Shown here in pieces: positions 45,398 to 53,107 of a DNA stretch of 53,107 bases. Made by a program: the position numbers and the translations under genes. This stretch comes from Verrucomicrobiota bacterium (GTDB taxonomy: Bacteria; Verrucomicrobiota; Verrucomicrobiia; Limisphaerales; SXQI01). The notes under the pieces are model-generated. The model was not told the DNA's origin. It made no database searches and saw nothing but the letters and a program-made list of their open reading frames with translations. The stretch covers positions 1-53,107 of the forward strand of contig JANRLX010000088.1 in assembly GCA_033762115.1 (NCBI GenBank), read 5' to 3'. How positions within the stretch are numbered: the first letter of the stretch is position 1; every line of letters starts with the position of its first letter.

Positions 45398-48300
45398 TTA
45401 AGGAGCCATGGCGGGCGTCACAATCCGATAAAATCTGGTGGTGTCACCACCAGACGCAGGATCGATGACCGCCACAGTTCGTGCTGCGCCTGCGGGAACA
45501 TCCTGCAACCGTTGCCAGGTTCCAGTCTCCGCAAGCGGACGCCATTGGATGGTGTAGGTTTTTTCAGCCATTGCCTGAAATTTGATTTCCACATTTCCCG
45601 CTTCTTCCGAAAGGATGTTGGACAATTTGAGATAACTGCTCGAATCCTTGGGCAGAGTGCCGGCGATGTATTCCTGCATGTTGGTGAAGAGGTCACCATC
45701 CGGATCGGCATTTTCTCCGGAAACGGAGGCATTCTCCAGTTCAGCGGCTGTAAACTGAGCGCCTGCCCAACTGCTGTAAGAACTGCTGCCACCCTGAACC
45801 GTGATTGTGGTTTCATCCTGGGCGGAGAGTGCTGAATCATCCACCTTAAAACGCAATACGTAGCTTCCTGCAGTCGAAAAAGTCACTATCGCATTTGGCA
45901 GCGAAGAATCATTGAACTCCACAGTTCCCGGACCGGAAACCAGGGTCCAACGATTGGAGGTGATCGCCGGAAGGCCATCATCGCTAAAGCTGCCCTGCAA
46001 CTGCACCGAAGCTGGCAGGGTCACAGAAAGATCAGGCCCGGCATTGGCGGTAGGAGGCTGATTTGATGTGGAAATACGTCCTTCCAAAAGCGCATCAAAG
46101 CTGACGTCTGTTGAGGAGGATCGGCTTTGTTGATGAACCTCAACAGCGATGACATTCCTGCCGGGGCGAAGCAAGGTAGGGTCCAATGGTTGATTATGCA
46201 GCTGGATTTCATCCGCGCCTGTGGATGTATTGCTCGCGAGAGTGTCAAACGTAATGTCTTCGACAGGCATGTTACTGCGAAAAATTTCAACCCCATTCAG
46301 GTATGCCACACAACCGTCATCACGTCTGACACTGAGACTCAACTCGTTGATTGACGAGGGATTTGCGATGTCAAAGCTTTTGCGAAAATAGTAAGTAGGA
46401 TACTTGTTGGCTTCAGAAGGCCCGTAATCCAACCGTGTGGCTTCATCTCCATCACCATAGCCAAACTCACCCAGGCCGGTTTTCCATCCATTGTCATTAA
46501 AATCAACAGATACCCAATTGGTGCCCTGGTCCACGCCAGTATCGAGATATCTCCATTGTGAACCTGTGGGAAAGAAAACAGTTTCTGCCAAAGGCCGCGT
46601 CACAGTGATTATCATTTCATCATGGGCAACGAGGCTGGAATCCGAGGCTGACATCCGGAAAACATAAGTTCCAATTCCAGGGATCCACACGCGAGCGTTG
46701 GTGACACCAGAGGTAATGAATTGAGCTGATGCAGGACCGCTCACCTGCATCCATTGGACGGTCACAGTGGCTGGAGGTTCAGGCAATCCATCATCAGTAA
46801 AACTGCCAGCGAGAATTGCCTCATGCGGGAAGGACGCGACCGTGAGGGATTGATCATTCCCGGCATTGGCCCGGGGAGGACGATTTCCATCGTTTTCCAA
46901 TCCGGGTGATGCAACTCCGCGGCTCAATCGCCATGCGGCAGGATCATTCCCAAAAGCTGAGGCAATTTTCTTTTCAATCGACTCACCGGCAAGCGGGAAT
47001 GGCCAGGGAGAGAAATTATCATAACGGACTTCATCGACCACAATATAGGGAACAGTGACTTCATTGCTACTCACATCCGGATTGTCCGGTCGGAGGAGTT
47101 GCAGTGTCTCCCCCCCTGCCTGGAGGTTGCCGTCAAATGGACCGTAAATCGCCACCTGAGGTGGTACCCCGTAACGTTGCCTGAAGGCCAGTGGATCGCC
47201 CGAGGTGATAATCGCAAGCCCATTAGGCGGCAGTTGTGCGCCTTCAGGGAAGGAGAAGCTGAGACCCTCCACACGCCAGGTATTGGTCGGGAAGGTCGGG
47301 TGAAAAAGTGGCACTGTCTGACTGGTGATATTTTTAATTTCAACGAATTGTTCTTCTCCAGGGGAGGGAGAATGTCGGATTTCGTGGATGACCACAGGCC
47401 CAATCATCGGGCCGGAGTTCGAGGCACCCGGCGTTGGTGACAACTGCGCAGGGTACAGGATGTCGCCAGCGGAGTTTGTCATGCGGCCAAACGTGACCGC
47501 ATTTGCGGCGGCTCCAAATGCAAATCCATCGCTGTAACCGGTGAGATTTCCTGCTGCGTCTGCGGAATAAAGATAAACTTCATCACCATGGGAACTCAGT
47601 GTGAAACTGGGTTCAATTCCAGGGCTGGGGTTAAAACTCGTTTCCGTGAAAACCACAAAACCGCCTGGAGGAATGACAGTGGTCGGCAGCTTGAACTTTT
47701 TGGGAGTGAGCCGATCATCAGTCAAATACCAGTTGGAGATGTCCGCAGCTACAGGGCGGGGATTGTGAATTTCTATTGAATCCAGCAAGGGAGGATCGGT
47801 GTGAGTCAGGATTTCCGAGATGACGACTGGAGCTGTTCCCGCGCTCGGATCGTCACGTCCCGGTGACCCGCCGATTGCGGAACTGGCACGCCAGTTTGCG
47901 GGATTGGTCGGGTCCGAATTAAAGGAAGGCGACCTTGACACAAGGGAAAATCCGACACCATCCGCGGCCGCAGGCCACGGGGCCTGGTCGCCATACGAAA
48001 AGCGCATGATTGGTTGACCGGCAGCATGAATCAATGCGATCTCTTCCCCGCTGTTGCTTAAATTGTTCGTGAAAACTCCATCAACTTCCACACCGGGATA
48101 CACATTCGTAAATGCGGCGGCGTTCCCAACGAGCAGCGCAAATTTTCCGGGGGCCAGTTTTTTCCCAAGCGGGAAGGTGTAACGAACTCCATTCGTAAAC
48201 CGAACCCCGCTGAGGTCCAATTCCGATGGGCCCACGTTTTTCAATTCGATAAATTCGAGATGTTCCGGATCAGCCACATTGGTATTGCCATTCACGGGAT

Positions 48301-50761
48301 GATACATGATCTCCGTAATCAAGAGCGTGTTGTAGGTATAAATCGCTGTAAACATGGCTTCATTCAAAGCGCTCCAGTTGGTCCCTACGCGGGTGCGACT
48401 TTTGAGATGAACGCTCTCGTTCATCGGTAGTGGAGTGCTATAAACAAGCGCGTTGGGGGAAACGGCCCCGCCGATCATTCGAGGGTCCGAGCCGTCTCGT
48501 GTATAATAGATTGTGCCTTCCGGTGCACTCATCCTCAGGGTGGTTCCCCGGAAGAAATTCCCGCCATGTTGGGAAAATGAAGGAGCCACAATGCTGGGGT
48601 AAAGTTGGTAGCTTAGGAATTGATCGTAAACCACCGCGCTTCGAAGGGAAAGGTAACTAACAACAGCGTTGATTGCGTTCTCCCAATCATCCCGTGTCAG
48701 GGCAGGTTCCCGTTTGGAATTGCCCCATCGTGCTGATTCTCCCACCACCGCACGGTCAATCTCATCTTTCCGACGATAGAGCATTTCAGTCGTTTTCTCA
48801 CTGGTCAACAAACCGCCGTTAAAAAAGTGACGGTGAATATGATCGGCAACCAGCATCCGGAATTCTCGATTGGCCAGGCATTGCTGCCAGATATATTGCG
48901 GGTTGCTGTAGATGATGCTGCTGCTGCCTGCATTAAATGGTCCATGCCGGTCCCGTTCCAGCTCCCCCGGCAGCAAGGTGTGCTCGGCATCATGAATAAA
49001 AAAGATAAAGCCATTCGTCCCGTTCCGGTTCCGCAGCCCGTACCAATTGTTAGGACGCTCATTCCCAAGAAAATTTGAAATAGGCGCATCCAGATTGCCG
49101 CCATAAAGAATCAGCAGCATGTAATCGATCAGATTTGGAACATCCAGAAGATTGGGATAGCCCGGGTTCCGGGTGCCATCCGGGTTCCGCCCTTGAATTT
49201 TGAAGTAATTTGCATCCGATTCCAGCCCCGCTCTCGCCTGATTGTAAAGACTGCTCCAGGCGAGACCATTTCCATCAGTGGCATTGATCGTGTAAGGCCC
49301 GGCTTCTACCTTGATTGTGTCGTAATCTGTTTCTTTTCCGCCGAGATAACTTTCGCCATAAGCGGCCTCCGGACGTTCGCAGGTGTTATACAAACCCCAA
49401 TAAACCCCGTTGATATACAGGTGGTAGAAATCACCACGTTCAGCAGGATGGCCCATTGCCAACTGAAGATCCCGATTAAACTGGTCACGCAGGAAAATCC
49501 CATTCGGATCTCCCCCATAACTCCAGGAATAATTCTGGAAGGTGCGCAAGTCGAATTTATCAAACTCCTGCGCCGCATCCTCACCAAACAGCGGATAATT
49601 CAATTTGCCGTCCCCGTACTCCTCCCGGAAAAAGAAGCGAAACGCATGCTTTGGGTTTCCCGGGTCGCGCGAAAATCCCCCTCGAATTCGAATCCCTGCA
49701 TTCGACTGGAACCCTTTGGTCCCGTTAGGATAAATCAGTTCCAGTGAACATGCCCGTTCCCAGTCAATTCCGTCGTTGCGCGGGTTCGCATAAATGCCGG
49801 TGCTGCTGTGAAACAAATGATTGAGAGGAAGCACCAGTGAAAAAGAAGGAATGCTTTTCAGGTCATTTTTAATCGTTGGCCCATATTCGGGGTGGTTCAC
49901 GATGTTCGGGTCCATTCCGTAATCGACGCTATTCTGGCCCCATGAACTTGGCCAGCCGGGAGGGGGGCTGCCATCAGGTGACTGGCGAATAATATCATCC
50001 AGAAACAGGTAAGTGACCGTATCCACATTGGACGGTTGATAACCGTCGCGGAAAGCGGCTGCGCGTATCGTCGTTGTCCCGGAAATGGTCAATGGGCCGA
50101 CATAAACAATTCCTGAAGTGGCAGTGGGGGGAACGCCATTGGTATTGTAGCGGATGGTTGTGCCTGCAGTAGTGGTGCTGATGACAAGGCTGAAAGCGTT
50201 GGTATAAAACCCTCGGTCATGGCTGAACTTCGTATCAGACACAAAAGCGGTGACACCTGTGCCATTGGCTGCACCCGGCGTTGCCCTGGAAAAAAAATTC
50301 AAATTGGTGCCGCCTCCAGCATACCCGTAGGAGAAATCCTCCTCCTGGGCGGGATATGCCGGAGAAAATTCCGTCAATACAGTCACCCCGTCCGGAGCTC
50401 GCAAAGCCAGATATTCTCCGTTCGCTGATAAACTGAAGCTGGTATGAAGACGGGCAACATTGTTGGTTCGATCCTTGCCGGAGGCAAAAACCACCAGATA
50501 GCCGTTGGCTGGAATCGATACCGCTGGAAAACGCCACTTATTACTGGAGGGATTATCCGTCAATATATAACCCTCCAGATTGATCGGTGCGGCAGTCAGG
50601 TTCCGCAATTCGATCCAATCGGAAAATTCCATGTCCTCATCAGACAAGGTATCTTCATTATCAGCCATGAATTCATTGATGATGACCGATTGGCCATAGC
50701 TTGATTGAAGGCTAAAAATCGCAAAAATCAGGGCAAACAGGCAACCTTTCAGTGATGACAT
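45398..50761 (-). CDS. Large secreted lamin-tail/CotH-kinase/Ig-like multidomain protein
   Basis: Signal peptide MSSLKGCLF...SYG; lamin-tail repeats (VIINEFMADN..DWIEL, ITEIMYHP..EFIEL); CotH core (IRGGFSR, LYINGVYWGLY, DAEH); PKD-like PxANAG units. Start at ATG 50761. Confidence 0.85.
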   Translation of the reverse strand: MSSLKGCLFALIFAIFSLQSSYGQSVIINEFMADNEDTLSDEDMEFSDWIELRNLTAAPINLEGYILTDNPSSNKWRFPAVSIPANGYLVVFASGKDRTNNVARLHTSFSLSANGEYLALRAPDGVTVLTEFSPAYPAQEEDFSYGYAGGGTNLNFFSRATPGAANGTGVTAFVSDTKFSHDRGFYTNAFSLVISTTTAGTTIRYNTNGVPPTATSGIVYVGPLTISGTTTIRAAAFRDGYQPSNVDTVTYLFLDDIIRQSPDGSPPPGWPSSWGQNSVDYGMDPNIVNHPEYGPTIKNDLKSIPSFSLVLPLNHLFHSSTGIYANPRNDGIDWERACSLELIYPNGTKGFQSNAGIRIRGGFSRDPGNPKHAFRFFFREEYGDGKLNYPLFGEDAAQEFDKFDLRTFQNYSWSYGGDPNGIFLRDQFNRDLQLAMGHPAERGDFYHLYINGVYWGLYNTCERPEAAYGESYLGGKETDYDTIKVEAGPYTINATDGNGLAWSSLYNQARAGLESDANYFKIQGRNPDGTRNPGYPNLLDVPNLIDYMLLILYGGNLDAPISNFLGNERPNNWYGLRNRNGTNGFIFFIHDAEHTLLPGELERDRHGPFNAGSSSIIYSNPQYIWQQCLANREFRMLVADHIHRHFFNGGLLTSEKTTEMLYRRKDEIDRAVVGESARWGNSKREPALTRDDWENAINAVVSYLSLRSAVVYDQFLSYQLYPSIVAPSFSQHGGNFFRGTTLRMSAPEGTIYYTRDGSDPRMIGGAVSPNALVYSTPLPMNESVHLKSRTRVGTNWSALNEAMFTAIYTYNTLLITEIMYHPVNGNTNVADPEHLEFIELKNVGPSELDLSGVRFTNGVRYTFPLGKKLAPGKFALLVGNAAAFTNVYPGVEVDGVFTNNLSNSGEEIALIHAAGQPIMRFSYGDQAPWPAAADGVGFSLVSRSPSFNSDPTNPANWRASSAIGGSPGRDDPSAGTAPVVISEILTHTDPPLLDSIEIHNPRPVAADISNWYLTDDRLTPKKFKLPTTVIPPGGFVVFTETSFNPSPGIEPSFTLSSHGDEVYLYSADAAGNLTGYSDGFAFGAAANAVTFGRMTNSAGDILYPAQLSPTPGASNSGPMIGPVVIHEIRHSPSPGEEQFVEIKNITSQTVPLFHPTFPTNTWRVEGLSFSFPEGAQLPPNGLAIITSGDPLAFRQRYGVPPQVAIYGPFDGNLQAGGETLQLLRPDNPDVSSNEVTVPYIVVDEVRYDNFSPWPFPLAGESIEKKIASAFGNDPAAWRLSRGVASPGLENDGNRPPRANAGNDQSLTVASFPHEAILAGSFTDDGLPEPPATVTVQWMQVSGPASAQFITSGVTNARVWIPGIGTYVFRMSASDSSLVAHDEMIITVTRPLAETVFFPTGSQWRYLDTGVDQGTNWVSVDFNDNGWKTGLGEFGYGDGDEATRLDYGPSEANKYPTYYFRKSFDIANPSSINELSLSVRRDDGCVAYLNGVEIFRSNMPVEDITFDTLASNTSTGADEIQLHNQPLDPTLLRPGRNVIAVEVHQQSRSSSTDVSFDALLEGRISTSNQPPTANAGPDLSVTLPASVQLQGSFSDDGLPAITSNRWTLVSGPGTVEFNDSSLPNAIVTFSTAGSYVLRFKVDDSALSAQDETTITVQGGSSSYSSWAGAQFTAAELENASVSGENADPDGDLFTNMQEYIAGTLPKDSSSYLKLSNILSEEAGNVEIKFQAMAEKTYTIQWRPLAETGTWQRLQDVPAGAARTVAVIDPASGGDTTRFYRIVTPAMAP

Positions 50762-50884
50762 ACGCGGGCAGGCAAAAAACTGTGGGCTGTGGTAATGATT
50801 TAATAGTATCGCTCTCAAAATGAGATTTGCAAAGATTCTGTGACAAAAAAGAAGCATGATACGGGCCAATACCCCGGAGGAAAA

Positions 50885-50960
50885 TGGTGGAGCCGAGGGG
50901 AATCGAACCCCTGACCTTCTCATTGCGAACGAGACGCTCTACCAACTGAGCTACGACCCC
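50885..50960 (-). tRNA. tRNA-Ala (anticodon CGC)
   Basis: GGGGTCGTAGCTCAGTTGGTAGAGCG TCTCG TTCGCAA TGAGA...GGTTCGATTCCCCTCGGCTCCACCA; G3:U70 pair; 76 nt. Confidence 0.96.
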
Positions 50961-51184
50961 AACCTCCCCGCAAACATTGTTGGTTTACGTTGCGGGACCT
51001 TCTGGTTTTGTGAATTTAGAAGGAGCCACATTAGATAAACAGGTTAAAAAAATGTCCAGTCGAATACTTCAGGTGGCGGAGCTGGCTTCTCGGGAATCCG
51101 CTGGGCTATCGATGGCTTTCAAAGCAAACTGCTCTTTTGAATGGGTGTGGATTTAAGGATCAGAATCGATGCTGGAGCGGAAAT

Positions 51185-52057
51185 GTGAATGATGATGAAT
51201 TGCAATCTTATACCGTGGTGCAGCTTGCCAATGGCAGTTACAGCCTTCGCTCGAGCAAATACGGGGAAACGTTCCATCCAGTCATCGGGCCGGAACGTGA
51301 AGCAGAAACTCTTTATCTGAAACAGTTGCGATTGGTCGAACGTGCGGCGTCTGAAAAGGGAGTGTTTTACATTTGGGACGTGGGACTCGGGGCGGGCGCT
51401 AATATTTTGACCGTTCTCTCCGGTTTGCAACATTTGGAGAAAGAGATCCGGGTGATCAGCTTTGATTATACGAAATCCCCTTTGGAAGTGGCTCTAAAAG
51501 CTGTGGATCGTCTTAAATACTTATCCGGCTGGGAAGACTTGCTCCAGGCGTTGATGGAGAAAGGGCAGGTGAAATTCCGCAAGGGTGGTTTGAAAGTGAC
51601 CTGGGATTTTATCAAGGGCGACTTCCCAACAGCATTGCATTCACCTGCTTCGGAATCATGGCCCAAGCCGCACGCTGTGTTGTTCGATGCCTTCTCACCC
51701 GCAAAAAACCCCGCCATGTGGACGTTGAAATTATTCAGCCGGATGCATGAATTGCTCGATCCCGCCCGACCTTGCAGCTTGCCTACTTATTCTCGCAGCA
51801 CCATGTTGCGGGTGACGTTGTTGCTTGCAGGTTTTTACGTGGGATCAGGTGATTCAACCGGCGAGAAGGAGGAAACCACAATTGCTGCGAACCGTCTCGA
51901 ATTGATTGAGCGACCTTTGAAAAAGGAATGGCTGCGTAAAGTGGCAAATTCGAAGAGCGCTGAACCATTGCATGAAGCAAGTTACCAGCAGCGGCACATT
52001 TTACCTGAGTCATTCGAACGATTGAAACAGCACCCGCAATTCAGCCAGGAAAGTTGA
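51185..52057 (+). CDS. Stand-alone MnmC-type (MnmD) SAM methyltransferase
   Basis: YGETFHP, WDVGLGAGAN, LFDAFSPAKNPAMW, TYS. Start at GTG 51185 or ATG 51140. Confidence 0.75.
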   Translation: MNDDELQSYTVVQLANGSYSLRSSKYGETFHPVIGPEREAETLYLKQLRLVERAASEKGVFYIWDVGLGAGANILTVLSGLQHLEKEIRVISFDYTKSPLEVALKAVDRLKYLSGWEDLLQALMEKGQVKFRKGGLKVTWDFIKGDFPTALHSPASESWPKPHAVLFDAFSPAKNPAMWTLKLFSRMHELLDPARPCSLPTYSRSTMLRVTLLLAGFYVGSGDSTGEKEETTIAANRLELIERPLKKEWLRKVANSKSAEPLHEASYQQRHILPESFERLKQHPQFSQES

Positions 52058-53106
52058 TGAATTCTGCTGAACAGTTTTCCGCCTTGATGATGCAACCAGG
52101 GGCTGTGCTGGCGCTGGCTCCGATGCAGGATGTCACTGATTTGCCGTTCTGGCATCTGATGCACGAATATGGTGGGCCGGACGTTTACTACACCGAGTAT
52201 TTCAGGGTCCATCCCACATCCCACCTTGAAAAACCGATTCTTCGTTCATTAACAGGAAACAAAACCGGAAAACCAGCCATTGCCCAAATGATAGGGAATG
52301 ATGTGTCATCACTGGTGCGCAGCGCTCGGGAATTGCAGCAATATCCCATCATGGCGGTGGACTTGAACCTCGGTTGTCCAGCCCCGGTCGTTTACAGAAA
52401 ATGCGCGGGGGGAGGGTTGCTTCGTGAACCAAAGAGAATCGATGGGATTTTGGGGGCGTTGCGCGATGCTGTGCAGGTAAAATTTACTGTTAAAACCAGG
52501 ATTGGTTTTGAAACCCCCGAAGTATTTGAGGAATTACTTCCTATTTTCGCAAAGCATTCGCTCGATTTATTAACGGTCCATGGGCGCACTGTGAAGGAGA
52601 TGTACCGGAGCGAAGTGCATTATGAATATATCAGGCAAGCCGTGGAAGCGGCGGGCTGTCCGGTGCTGGCCAACGGAAATATTTATTCACCAGAAAAAGC
52701 AGCGGAAGTAATGCGTTTCACCGGCGCGAAGGGGCTGATGATAGGGAGGGCGGCAATCCGCAACCCCTGGTTATTTGAACAAATCCGGGCCTATCAACGA
52801 GGGGAACAGTATTTTGTTCCGAGGGGCCGGGAAGTTCTTGATTATATTGAGCGACTTTATTCCGCGGTGCAGCCCGAAGCCATCCGCGAGATCGCCCAGG
52901 TCCAGAAAATGAAGAAATACCTGAATTATTTGGGAATTGGAGTGGAGCCCAGCGGGGAATTCCTTCATCAAATCCGAAGGGCGGTAACAAAAGAGGAGTT
53001 TTTTAACATTTGCAGGACCTACCTGGATCATGATGATTTAACCCCGTTGCTTCCCTACGAATTAAATTTAAAGCAAGGCGATTTAATGGCAGGCGAGCAT
53101 TGTTAA
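52057..53106 (+). CDS. tRNA-dihydrouridine synthase (Dus family)
   Basis: LAPMQDVTD, DLNLGCPAP, TVKTRIG, TVHGRT, LANGNI, GLMIGRAA. Confidence 0.92.
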   Translation: MNSAEQFSALMMQPGAVLALAPMQDVTDLPFWHLMHEYGGPDVYYTEYFRVHPTSHLEKPILRSLTGNKTGKPAIAQMIGNDVSSLVRSARELQQYPIMAVDLNLGCPAPVVYRKCAGGGLLREPKRIDGILGALRDAVQVKFTVKTRIGFETPEVFEELLPIFAKHSLDLLTVHGRTVKEMYRSEVHYEYIRQAVEAAGCPVLANGNIYSPEKAAEVMRFTGAKGLMIGRAAIRNPWLFEQIRAYQRGEQYFVPRGREVLDYIERLYSAVQPEAIREIAQVQKMKKYLNYLGIGVEPSGEFLHQIRRAVTKEEFFNICRTYLDHDDLTPLLPYELNLKQGDLMAGEHC

Positions 53107-53107
53107 G

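Noticed and set aside
50762..50923. N-terminal extension of the CotH ORF in the track
   Set aside because: It reads through tRNA-Ala; the real signal peptide begins at ATG 50761.
45300..50960. Genomic island integrated at tRNA-Ala or tRNA-Ser
   Set aside because: I saw no integrase and no duplicated tRNA 3' end (att site) by eye.

Overview
This is a gene-dense bacterial chromosomal segment. Its style suggests Verrucomicrobia (an inference): kinase-linked ECF sigma factor, PEP-CTERM proteins, and a CotH/lamin-tail protein with a 'DGD..TN..EY..GT.P...FYRI' tail. Housekeeping genes include mutY, galE, rlmI, a DnaJ/CbpA chaperone, a DegP/Q protease, mnmA, hisD, hisC, a Dus enzyme, tRNA-Ser(GCT) and tRNA-Ala(CGC). 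I saw no CRISPR array, transposase or prophage. The most notable region is 2378-10600. It holds an ECF sigma factor, two tiny coupled ORFs, a three-domain glycosyltransferase (GT9-like + Mnn2/GT71-like + GT-A) and a membrane Ser/Thr kinase-WD40 protein, with two atypical receiver proteins transcribed divergently. Three copies of one promoter-like motif (TTTTT-N2-GAAAGAWW-N13-CCGTAT) frame the module. Two copies are followed 6 nt later by mini-ORFs whose stops overlap the downstream start codons; the third precedes a ~100-nt structured RNA candidate. Also notable are a shared TCCTGTCC-N7-GGACA palindrome upstream of two PEP-CTERM genes and a divergent TolC/MFP/ABC/FtsX exporter next to a repeat lipoprotein. 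All calls come from motif reading; no database searches were run.
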